A DNA stretch of 59,021 bases, counting the filler, from Platydemus manokwari (Eukaryota): NCBI GenBank assembly GCA_037951405.1. It is 5 parts of 5 records of this genome, joined end to end, with 100 filler letters (N's around TTAATTAATTAA, not from the genome) between each part and the next. Parts side by side here need not be neighbours in the genome. Positions count along the whole stretch, not along the records: positions 1 to 11,671 come from JBBMOY010534441.1; 4 more parts are not named here. The stretch is one strand, 5' to 3'. Both the position numbers and the translations under genes were made by a program. Within the stretch, counting starts at the first letter, position 1, and each line of letters opens with the position of its first letter. The notes beneath the pieces were generated by a model. It made no database searches. It was not told the origin of the DNA and saw only the letters and a list, made by a program, of their open reading frames with translations. Of the stretch, positions 1 to 11,771 are shown piece by piece.

Positions 1-368
1 CGAGATGTTTTTAATTTTAATCGTAATTAATAATTAATATTAAATTGACTAATGATGAAGCATTTTAGAAGTTATTAATTAATTATTATTGATATAATTA
101 ATATTTCCCATTTAATTAATTAATTATTAACAATTAATTTTTTATTTATTATTAATTATTATTATTTCATTATTTAGTATATTATACATATTTTATAATT
201 ATTATCTAATTTAAATAATTATCAAACACTCGAATTCATCAAATAAAATTATTAATTAATAATTAATTAATTATAAATCCTTAATCAATACACGGTCAAG
301 TGTCAATCAACCAATGATGTCGACGTAAATGCATTATTATATTAGTATAATAATAAGCGACAACTTAC

Positions 369-1749
369 CATCCGAAGTGTATTTATCTCGATTGGTATTC
401 AACAATGCTCCCGGATTCTGCACGATAGCATTGCCAGCAGCCATCGGGGTCGATGTGCCCGTACTCGAAACTCCTCCACATTTGAGAATATTCCAATCGA
501 AAACGTAATCGTAGGCGAATCCTTCCCGATGAAAAAGATTTCGGAATAATTGTCTTAAATATGAGTAATCTGGTTTCTCGTCGAATCTCAACGATCGGCA
601 AATGTTTAAATAGGTTGCAAATTCACCTGAAAAATTAATCATCTTATTTAAAACACCGCACAGACGATTAATAAATCTGTGAAAATCTCATCACTCACTC
701 GGATAGCCTTGACAGAGAATTTCCACAGACGTTTCCATTTTCTTTTCACTTATTCTTTCATATTTCTGTCGTTTGGTGGCAGCTTTTAAACCTTGCCATG
801 GTAACGAGCCTCTTAGAAAATACATTATCACGTATCCAAGCGACTCCATGTCGTCACGCCTGGCTTGCTCTATCACGGATCAATTAATCAAGCCCAAAAT
901 GCAACACAAAACGCCATTACCAATCCCTAAATGAGTGTTGATACTGGCATATCTGGCAGTGCCTGTAAGATTTTTGTTTTCCCGGTATGGAATATGTTCA
1001 TGAGACCGATTGTCCCGGTAACGTTTGGCCAGTCCGAAATCAATAATATAAACCAAATTGCCTTTCTTACCGAGTCCCATCAGAAAATTATCAGGTTTTA
1101 TATCTCTGGAAACGAGGGATTACATTAATAAGATTGTCAAAATCGCGTTTCAACATCAAAATCATCACTCAAATATAAACACTTAAACATAAAACATGAA
1201 GTCATAGGGAAGTTTTGAAACTTTTACAAGTACCAACACTCACAAAACCATTGACAAATAACAACGGCTACCTGTGAATAAAACATTTTGAATGAATGAA
1301 CTCAATGCGATTTATTAACTGATCAGCGAGTAACAATACGGTTTTCAATTTAAATTTTCGACCACAAAAATTAAAAAGGTCTTCAAGACTAGGTCCTAGT
1401 AATTCCATAACCATAACATTATAATCTCCTTCGGTTCCACACCATTTCATGTGAGGTATTCCGACTATAACAGTAACGGTAAATATCATAAAGAACTTGA
1501 TCATTTAACCTCCAGACTGTAACATTTTGTATATCTTGCTTTCGATATGCAATTGAGGATGTTTGGTTTTTAAACATTCTAATTTTATGGCTACTTCTTC
1601 ACCACTGGTTACATCTGTGCCTAAATAATAAATAAAACATAATCTGTATGATTTAACCTATAGGATACATTACCTAAATAAATATCACCAAATGACCCAC
1701 TTCCGATTTTCCTTCCAAGCCTGTATTTATTTCCAACACGTAATTCCAT
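369..1749 (-). CDS. CSNK1D: Casein kinase 1 delta/epsilon-like, 6 coding exons: 1749-1674, 1620-1510, 1464-1272, 1105-921, 869-699, 626-369; last exon(s) unresolved
   Basis: Spliced translation [115 protein letters not shown] matches the CK1 delta/epsilon subfamily. Phase-compatible GT-AG introns of 53, 45, 166, 51 and 72 nt. A GTAAGT donor at 368 suggests a further exon; otherwise the frame stops at 337. Delta versus epsilon cannot be resolved. Confidence 0.95.
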
Positions 1750-1751
1750 TC

Positions 1752-1806
1752 CTAAAATATAGCAAAGATTCAATAAATTAGTCTCATTAAAATACATCCT
1801 AAATAC
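1752..1806 (-). other. Probable 55-nt 5'UTR intron of CK1
   Basis: AG|GTATTT donor, GACTAAT branch-like motif and a TTTTAG acceptor 2 nt upstream of the ATG. The size matches the other short introns. Confidence 0.5.
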
Positions 1807-3261
1807 CTAAAACCAGATACTATTAATATTAACGAAAATATTTAAGGAATATTAACAAAACTATGATACAGGTTAAATAAATAATTATTAAAAATATATA
1901 TTTTAAATAGTAGGTACTTATTTATAATTGTATTAATCATATGTTTACTTTATCAGGCATAATAAAACAAATAAAAATATAAATTAAAATTGACATTTTT
2001 GTACATTAAATGAGACTATTTTTTATAAATTATTTACTATGATATTTTAAATACTAATTATCATGCACGGTAAACACTATAATTGTAATCATAGTATATC
2101 ATTAAAAAGTGAAATTTATAAGATTGTAGTAAGCTATTAGTTCTACCACTCATTAATTAAAATTCAATAAAATGTTTATTTTATTATTTATGAAATTATA
2201 ACAAATTCTTTTCGTATTTTAAATCTGAATTAATTAATATGATATTTATTAATTACAAAAACTTGTTTTAGTTTTATTTGATAATCATGCACTTTACGTG
2301 TAGTTGCGAATCAAAAATGTTATTGAAGTCATAAATTATGAGTTCAACAGTTTTGTAAATATTGACCAATTAGAACCTAAATATTTTCTGCTTGGTATAT
2401 GTAAAATAAATTTTGGCTTGAATTAAATATTTTTGACTAAGAAACACATATATTTGATGTTTGAATAAATAATTAAATAAGAAATGTTTAGTCCAATGTT
2501 GCATAAAAACATTACATTTTAATTATTGTTAAAAGCACTAAAATAATGAATATTTCTACGTGTATGTTTCATATATTTTAAATGCAGTATAATGTCAATG
2601 CAAATATGCTTCTATAACCGCTTTAAAAGTGAATTATTGATTTTGAATAAATGTTGCAGCGTGCTATGTAGCGAAACTGCAACAACTACTAATGATTAAT
2701 GACCATGTTAAAGTCCCATCAATTATGCAATATTTCTACGCTAATTGATGTCAGCAAGTTGTAGATAACTTAAATTGTTATTGTTCGATTTATCAATGAT
2801 TTTTTGATTAAAAGATTTATCGCCACTCAGCTTTGCGAATTGCAATTTGTAACCCTCTTTTAAATTACTTTTTAGCGCATAAAATTTTGACAAAAATTGA
2901 TTTAAAAAATTATTAAAAATTCCCTCACAAATTTTCTTGAAATTAAAACGAAATTCATTGAATTATTAAATTGATATTTAGAAGATTAAAGTACTATTTG
3001 TGGTATTGTATGACGTGTGAATTGATTATGACTTCACTTATGAGGGTTGTAATCATCATAACACAGACATCACTTTAATTACTAATTAATATGTTTAACC
3101 TATAATAAATTATTCATGACACAAATTAGCAATATTATAAACTGCACTTAACGTCGGTTCATGTTTTTTAATAATTTCCGTTTTAAAGAGAAATCGATAC
3201 ATATTTTTGTAGGTGTTATAACACTATCAATTATTTTATTTATAAAAACATTAGTTTAAAC

Positions 3262-3612
3262 CGGTGTTCTTCAAAAGGTGGGGAGCAAACCACCAGTAGG
3301 TCGTGAAAATAAATTTGGGGATCTCGAGAAATTTCATTTTCGACACTGACTTATATTAAGACAAAATATCAATCGAATTTTAAAAATCTGGAATTAGTGC
3401 AGAGATCAGCCATCGCCGAAATAGAACTAAAATTTGATGTTTTATGCTAGAATATGCAAAATTGCTGTTATTATTAAATATATTTTATTTTTTGGTGTTA
3501 GAATAATTTTATTAAAAAATTTACTTTATTATTTTTATTTTAGTCGCTAGGGATGGCGAAAAAAATTGATCTCGTAAAGTGAGTCGCAACCCAAAAAGTG
3601 TGAAGACCATTG
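3262..3612. mobile_element. Non-autonomous hAT (Charlie/MER-like) MITE, 351 bp
   Basis: Perfect 8-bp TSD GTTTAAAC at 3254-3261 and 3613-3620. Imperfect TIRs CGGTGTTCTTCA / TGAAGACCATTG (9/12 match). Subterminal GTCGCAACCCAAAAAG resembles hAT MITE ends. Confidence 0.8.
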
Positions 3613-6523
3613 GTTTAAACTGCAAATAAAAATTTAGCAATAATAATGTATTTTTTTAATAACCATAGCGTTGAGTTCCGCTAAGACCAACTGATAGTGT
3701 GTTTGATAGATAGAACTTCAATAAATTTTTAATTTGATATTTTAAACTTTGAAATTTAAGAGTCTGTTAAACTGTTAACAATTGAGATTATGGTCTTTTT
3801 GACTTCTTCGATAAGTCCTGATCATCAACAATTATTCCTACTAGAATTAAATCAATTTGCGCCCAACATTATAGGATATGAAATTCATTGTTCTGTCAAA
3901 TTCTCATTGTTTTTAGCTAAGGCTCTACACTGCAAATTAATGATGCAAACCCCACAGGTACTCTAAATTGTGGCAGTCATTTTTATCAATCATAATCCAT
4001 ATTGTTGGGGTTCCAATCTGTATTTCACTGAAGCGCTCTAGTCAGTACACATCCTCAGGGTTGTTGTTTAAGGAAAATCTGGATTTGAAAGCTACATACT
4101 ATAGATCAAAAAGGTTCTGAATAGTGGAATGAGAAGAACAAATGATTGCTAAAAGTTTGCCGCCACCGCCATCAAAAAATGAAGGAAATCAAGCAAGGGC
4201 GTTAACTTTCAATTTATAGATATTATTTTTTTCTACTTAGCAATTATAATATCTTCAAATCTCGGATGTTTTCTTTATAACACTACAAATAAGTGATTTA
4301 GTTGTCATTCTTGACTTGATTAAAGATCTGAAGCTAAGTATCAGTGATACAGTATGCATTGAAACTATATGGTAATATCTCTCTCTCTACATGAATGTGT
4401 ACTTTTATGAGAACATTGATGGTTTACCTCTAGATAACGACAAGATTCAAACATTAACTAATAACGTGATCGTTGACTTCCAGATTTCCGCCACAGTTTG
4501 TCTTTATTCGGACCTAAACTTTCACATCTTTGTAATTTACTTTCACTCTACTTATATAGCGAAGAGACTGAAAATTAAGATGATCCATGGAAAAAGAAAC
4601 CTCAAAACATTGACATGCAAAACAGGATCCAGAGAAATCCACAAAACCCCAGAAAACCTTAGAGAAACAGAATCTGGTAGATAAAGATTTCAAAAGACCA
4701 ATAGAAGCCCATATCACTTGGCGACAGAGAACCAGTCTGAAAAATAGCTGGGATGAGAAGAAAAATACCTGAAAAAAGAAGAATTTTCGCTTGAAATCAG
4801 ACGATTAAGGTCGGAAATCCATCATTAATCTATCCCAACCAAATGATGGTGATCTTCAAATCAAATGTGCAAAGATATGTCATCATCAAATTCTAGATAT
4901 TTGGTCTTTTATTTGATTTATTCATTAAGACATAATAATTTGTGATATTTTTATGAATATTTGATAGAATGTGTGAATATTTTTTATGATTATATCCAAT
5001 AATAATTTCAAATATCAAATAATCAATGATAAAAATTTTAGAGATTATAATGAATAATAATGAAAACCAATGGAATTTCAAAATAATCCACAAGAATTAC
5101 GGTGCAAAGTACCAAAAATTATAAATTTTAATAAATTTCATTGGATGGTCATGGGTGAAAATATCCAATGTCATCGACCACATAATTCATTAATGTGCCT
5201 TTAAATCTAAAATTTTGTAATTTCAGACTTTAAAACCAAGGAATTCGTAAAAGCTTTAACAAACAATTTGAGAAGAAAGAAGATAAAGATAAAAACCTTT
5301 TCATCATCACCCGATTGGTAAAAGAACAATAATAATAACTTCATAAATCTTTTGTAATAACAACTTTATTGTCACCAAAGGAATCATCATACCTTTTATA
5401 TCAAACCTTCTATATTTTGAACTCTATACATCTTAAATCTTAGGAACTGTTGCAGCGTTCTTGCGTTCAAGATAAGATCACCAAACCAATTTGTTTAATA
5501 AAATCATACAGTGTGATCTAATCTGCTTGTTTGCTAATTTTGATAGCAAAATAAATTTTATAAATCGATTCGGTTATTTTGTGTGCTATTTAATTAAAAT
5601 GTAAGCTTTATAAATTTACATAATAGAACTCATACTGTTGAGTTGTGCAATATCTTATTAACAACAATCACAACTCAGGAAAAGAATATTTTAATATATG
5701 GTAAGTATGGAACCGAAGAAATTATCCCTTTTTCCTCATTTTATTAAACCATTGATTGTAAACCAGCACACGGTATTTATGATGCTTCCATACAACAGTG
5801 TGCTATATTTAAATAATCTTTCCACAAGTTGGGCAGTAATTGCAATTGAAAATGCTCAGTGCTGCCGTTGAATCTGTGATTCATATCTTTATTAATTCCT
5901 CACTCTCACATGAAGTAAAGCATCGAAAACATTATTATTAATTGGGTCTGGATGTAAATTACTTTTAATTATATGTTAATTATTTCTCTTTACGTTTTCT
6001 TTCTTTTTCTCCGAAAGATATTAACTTCAAATGTTTGACTTGATAAATTGTCGTTTTTTGTCGGCATATATATATATATTATACCCACTCACTAAAATTT
6101 ATTATTTTTTTAAAGGAATTTCTTTTAGCTTATGATTTTCAGTACTTTGTACCGTAATATTTTATGAAATATTTTAAAATTCTAGGACTCTTAACTAATA
6201 TTGTTTTGACATTATTATTTGTTACAAATTTCAAAATTCTTCCCAAGTAGACATTAACAGTTCAAATTTTACTCTTTACTAACAAAATGACTCTTTTAAT
6301 TAAGATAAATTTTAAATAGATATAACTAACTTGTTTTTACAAGTTTCAACATATAATTGTAAAAAGTGAATAAATCCCCTGACAAATCACCGATAAAATT
6401 GAAATCAAATTTAACATTACATATTTTTACTGTAATCATAAACTCCAACACCGTTTTTGGAATAAAATTTTCGCCATAATTTTATTTCTTTTGTTGTCAA
6501 ATTTGTATTTGTTTTTCATTAAC

Positions 6524-7635
6524 TACCGGCTACTATTGGCAGAAATCTGTGGCATTGATATTTAGATGTCATTTTATATATTGGAATTTGTTGTAATTTA
6601 AATGTCATTTTTTTAATTTTAGATTTCATGGATTATGATTTTCCTGTCTAACCTTCTGAAATGAAAATGGTTCGAAGAACAGTGTGGGTCATTGGAGAAA
6701 ACCAGAAAGTGATTCGTCAATTGTCACATGCATTGACACCACTTAACTAGGTTTGTGATGCATAATGCTCTCTGCGAATGGCGCACACCGTGTCTGATTG
6801 CAATTCTCATCATTTTCATTAAATCGTTCATAAAATCAATAAAATAAAAATGACTTTTGTTTATGATGTAATCTTCGTTATAATAATCTCAGGAAAATAA
6901 TAGCCCAAATACATTGAATAATAATTGAATAGTAATCCTATCACAGACACTGAATATTATTTTTATAGAAAAGACAATATATATTCTCAAATACAAAGCT
7001 CACAAATTAAAAATTAGCTTTATTATAATTACATACTATTGTTTAAGTAAAAATTGTGAAACTAATTTGTTAATTAGTATCCGAAAACACTGATTAATTA
7101 TTTAATATTTCAATGGATTGTTTAAATGTGTGGTTATCACTGTTATTATGATTAAAGCGAATTGATAGTGACAGGATATTGAAAATGTCAGACAGTTATA
7201 CTCAATCAGCCAGAGTTATTAACAACTGTCATTATAATTGGAATTATTTGCTTGTTTCAGTATCCAGGCAACCAGACCGACTTGATAGATTTTTTTTCAT
7301 AGTTTTCAATTCTTTAGATGCAAAACTATTACCCAACTTGGATTTTTCTTGAAAAAAACAGATTACAAAATTTAGGTTTGCCTTTAAATCGAATGACTAC
7401 TAATATAAATTTCAAGGATGTTGATGAAATTAATGTACCACTGAAACCGAGACCCGATTCATCTTGGCGTTGCAAGTGTGAAAATAAACTGGCACCTTTT
7501 ACAACAAACGGTAAAGCAACGTGTGGAAAATTGTTTTCAGAATATGCAAATCATCACAAAATTAAACTTGATGTTCCTGCAGTTGATGTTTACAGTTGGC
7601 AAACTCTACCCAAACGACCGAAAACAGTTCGTTAA
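6524..7635 (+). pseudogene. Disrupted multi-exon gene of unknown family; terminal exon 7318-7635 still open
   Basis: Exon 6623-6750 (ttttAG acceptor, GTTTGT donor) joins in phase 0 to the ctttAG|ATG exon at 7318, but carries in-frame TAA and TAG. An upstream segment (YRLLLAEICGIDI*MSFYILEF) has another TAG and a donor-phase mismatch. Confidence 0.45.
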
Positions 7636-8659
7636 ACAAAGAGATCACCATCTTATATTTTCGTTTGCTGTGGACAACCTTTTTGAATTTATTTTTCAAT
7701 CGATTTCATAAATTTCTTTATTGGAGTGTCATATTTTATTTTCAAAGATCAAATTCTCATCCGAAATGAAAATTTTTCAAAAATCGTTTTGCTGTGCCTT
7801 GTGAAATAGTAGATTTCTGTTTAGATGTATTATGATAACCGATATTTTTAAAAACTGATATATTAATATTTATCTAAGTAATATTAATTGCAGAAGGTTC
7901 TGTCCGATTACATTTTTTATTGAATAATAATTTAAGGTGTTTAGTTTATTTTGATTAATTTTAAAAAAGTAAAGTTTATTTGTATAATGCAAGTTTCAGT
8001 CGTTAATTAATAAGAGCTGAATAATAACTAAGTACTTGATAAAATAGTCGTTGATAAAGTGAAAGAATCATTTAAAATTATCGAGAAGTGAAATCTGTTG
8101 TTTCATCCCATTGTGGGTAAAGAAATGAATTTATTTATATTATATTTATTATACCGTTAAGGAAGAATAAAAATATATAATGCTGTCAATATGAATATAA
8201 TTATAAGGTATTAAAAGGATCCATTGTGAGGAATAATATTTGAGTTATTTGAATTTCATAATGATTTTATATTTGGCAATCTTAATAGGTAGTTCACCAA
8301 TGGTATGTAACATAACATTTATTTCACTCGCAATCAGATCCATGAGCCCTTATTTCATATCAGCATATCGCTCACAATTTTGTTTCAGTTCTAATTTGTT
8401 GATGATATTTGTTTTTATATTATTTTAAATTTAATTATATATTCTCATTTTTTATTCACTTGAAGTAGTCGGTATTGTTTCGGGATTGAAATATATTTAA
8501 TTGTGTGTTCTTCAAATAATATACTGAAGAAAATTTCGTGGCGTGACAAATGCGAAACAAAACTAGAATTCTAAAAGAATAATTCGTAACCCAAGCAAAA
8601 TAAATGCAATTTTTCTAATTCTTAATCCTTAATAATTAATCACTCATGTATAATTCTAT

Positions 8660-9410
8660 TAATTAGTAATCGAATAAGTACATCAAAGTATACCCGCACA
8701 TTTTCAGACAAAGATTTGCTTTAGGCTAACCCTTGGAAGAACTGTTAAGCAGGCCAGTCTGTCTTCTAAGGCAAGCCAAAAAGCATTGCTATCAGCTGGA
8801 ATTATTTCATGAAATGCCATATTTAGATAAGCTTGTAATTCATTTGGTGCAATCATCATAGTCGGCACTAATTGTGCATGATCAGTGAAATTGTTCTATA
8901 AAAGTGGTAGCTGTGGATCAAATATTCACACAGATCCTAATAGGTCTGTTGCCAACTGTTTGGTTATCATAAAGCATCTTTCAAGTTTAGCAACAGCATT
9001 GCGCTTTGCATCTTCACAGCTGCTGATTGCAATTAGAAATCCGGATGATTTTAGGCAAGATAGTAAATCAGACACTTTGTTGTAGAGATCGACAGTCATG
9101 CATGACTGTGGCTTTAAAAAGTCACATTGTTCATAATTGGCTGGCAATGAATAGATACAAATTCAGATTCAGCTCTCAGCTAGTTAAGCTTATCAGTAGT
9201 GTGTAGCAACGCCAACCTTTTCTTTAACTTGACTGTAGCTTCCATATAACAGTCTGGATACTCAGTGTGTTACAACACATCCTCGAACCAAGAGTTCCAT
9301 CTTGTTATAACTGAAGTTGGCGACATGATTACCTTTTCAACTTTTATTTGTCGCAGATGATGAAGGTATCTAGCACGATATCCTAGTGTTTTGAAGAGTA
9401 TGGCCTAGAC
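8660..9410 (-). mobile_element. Decayed hAT-superfamily transposase
   Basis: Minus strand reads AILFKTLGYRARYLHHLRQIKVEKVIMSPTSVITRWNSWFEDVL*, containing the hAT TRWNS motif. Downstream lie ORF 8926-9147 and AFWLALEDRLACL. Stops and frameshifts are present. Confidence 0.65.
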
Positions 9411-9610
9411 AGAAGGAATCATTGGTCGAAGTTCTTGAAAATGCAACTGATACTAGATTTCCTATAATTAGTTGTTGGGAAAAAAGGATTTATTGAAAGC
9501 ACTAAGATTACGTTCTTAACATCATTTACTATTTGACTTTGACCGGGTCTTGCTTTATCTGTAACACCTCCTGTAGATAATTTTCTACAAATCAAATAAT
9601 ACACAACAAT

Positions 9611-9910
9611 TGTTATTCACCATAACAAAATAAATTAATAAAATTCACATGGATACACAGATACAAGGATTAAAAGATTACAAAAATAAGCACGATGGTG
9701 TACAAAAAATTCTTGATGCATCTACATTCGAATTTTTCTCGATCATTAACCCAAGTCTAACAGTTCCGTTTCTCATTTATCTCATACTACTTTTATACAT
9801 TCGATCTCTCTTTTTACCTCTTTTGAGTCCACTTCGGTGATCTATCCTCCTGCTCCGTCCATAAATTTATTACCTTCCTCGGATTCCTCTTCTAAAAATG
9901 GCTGGTTTTT
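9611..9910 (-). mobile_element. Possible truncated LTR-like relic
   Basis: Purine-rich segment with a GTATAAAAG TATA-like box, a T-rich tail and a ...TAACA end at 9611. It abuts an (AT)n array. No TSD found. Confidence 0.25.
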
Positions 9911-9915
9911 AGAAT

Positions 9916-9918
<3 letters not shown>

Positions 9919-9954
<36 letters not shown>
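9919..9954. repeat. (AT)18 microsatellite
   Basis: Read directly from the sequence. Confidence 0.95.
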
Positions 9955-9957
<3 letters not shown>

Positions 9958-11671
9958 AGTTCAACTCCTATGAGGGAAATGGATTTTTGAACTATTGGGA
10001 TTTTAAAAGTTTGTCGAAATTGTAAGATTATTTATAATACCAAGACTGAAAAACTTGGATTCTATTATTGAGGTGTATCGGTTACTGAATAAGTTGTTTT
10101 ATGTTTACTGGGTGGGTTCTTCCTTAGCATTACTTGGAGGAGGGATCAAAAAGACGTGTATATTGGTATTATCTATTAACATATTTAGGTTTTCCTGGAA
10201 TTGGTGTTTTCTGTCTCTTTTTCTTCCTCTGCTTGTTTATTTGCATTTATTAAGGATGAATACACTGATGTGCTCGGGGCAATTTATTGTCGAGATCAAC
10301 GTTTATATTTTTTTTCCTATATACTAAGGAAATGAGTTTGCGCATAACTTTTTTTTCTTCACTTTTTACTTCCTTTCGTCTCTCAATTATCCTGTTTCTT
10401 TCATTTGGTATAAATTATTGTTGAATATTTGTCTTACTTTAGTAACATCCTTTCAACATTGATTAATTTATAAAGTATTAATTCGGGTTCATCCATCATT
10501 AATTAAATATAAAGTAATATAATAAATGTTGATTTTATCTTTATCTTATAATTTTTGACTCTAAGACTGTAACACACCGCTTTTAGAGTAGAAATAGAAT
10601 TTTTTAAAATAGTTGGTTTTACTTTTATGACATTTTTTTATCACTGTGATGTTTGGTTTACACACCAAAACTTCAGTCTTACCAGTTTGTGGGGTTCCTT
10701 ATATTAAATATTTTATCTAGTTCCTTATTAATATTGATATTGTAGTTATAATAGCTACTAAATTGAAATGAGGCAAAAATCTTTAACATAAATCACAATT
10801 AAAAATTGATATGATTAAAATTAATCGACTACTTCAAGCAGCTTTAAACAGACGAAAAAGTGGAAGAATCTAAGAATGTATGACTTGGAAAAAATTTAGT
10901 TGAAACCATTTTTGAAGGTCTTTAATTGAGGAATTATATACTTCAGGTTGAAAGACTTATAATAAAGATGAAGGATATTCCCAACTTCGAGGTGTAAAGA
11001 ATATCTATGAATATGTATTATGGTTATCAATATTATAATAACTTTAAATTCACCTGACTATACTTAACCTAATAATTATCTAACTCACTTAAACAAATTA
11101 AAAAGATCCAGAGTCACGTTCAGATAGAATATTCTGATGGGTAGAGATTTTTGAATAGATTTTATTAATGAAATAAAACAGCTGGTTATAAATTCCAAAT
11201 TATTATTTTAAATGCACTATCGATGCTTAATTTTGAACGAATAACCCGATGCGGGATTTGGGAAAAAATTGGGATTAAGTTAAGAAAAGTAGTCCTTTGA
11301 CCCACGTTCGTAATAATGAATTTTCGTGCATGAGATAATTTCATAACTTAATTTTATTTATATAATTGTGATGTTTGATTTATTCGTATAATTCGGTTAG
11401 TATCTCACTTTTTAGCATGTCTCATAGGAACAAAACATAGTTTGTAAACCGAGTTCATATTCTAATAATAATACTTCTACATGACTATTTGAATTTTTTA
11501 ATTATAAATCGAGTTATTGGCTAAAGTTAAGAAGAAAATAAAATTTTTAATTTGTTGAGTGTATTGCAATATTATATATAATTTATTTAATTATATTCTT
11601 TAAAAACATTTTGAATTTTTTATTTAATTACTTAAGAAGAATTTTAAATACACTAGAGCTTCAAAACTTCC

Positions 11672-11771
11672 NNNNNNNNNNNNNNNNNNNNNNNNNNNNN
11701 NNNNNNNNNNNNNNNTTAATTAATTAANNNNNNNNNNNNNNNNNNNNNNNNNNNNNNNNNNNNNNNNNNNN
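11672..11771. other. Assembly gap with artificial six-frame-stop linker
   Basis: 44 N + TTAATTAATTAA + 44 N, identical to three other blocks. Confidence 0.97.

Noticed and set aside
1660-1668. GTATCCTAT, a U12-like donor inside CK1 intron 1
   Set aside because: It does not match GTATCCTT, using it would break the frame, and the canonical GT 5 nt upstream gives the conserved protein.
4391-5210. Short ORFs (4391-4684, 4514-4717, 4893-5093) as genes
   Set aside because: No recognisable motifs and no consistent exon chain.
11716-11727. Palindromic TTAATTAATTAA recurring four times as a biological motif
   Set aside because: Always centred in exactly 44+44 Ns, so it is an assembly spacer.
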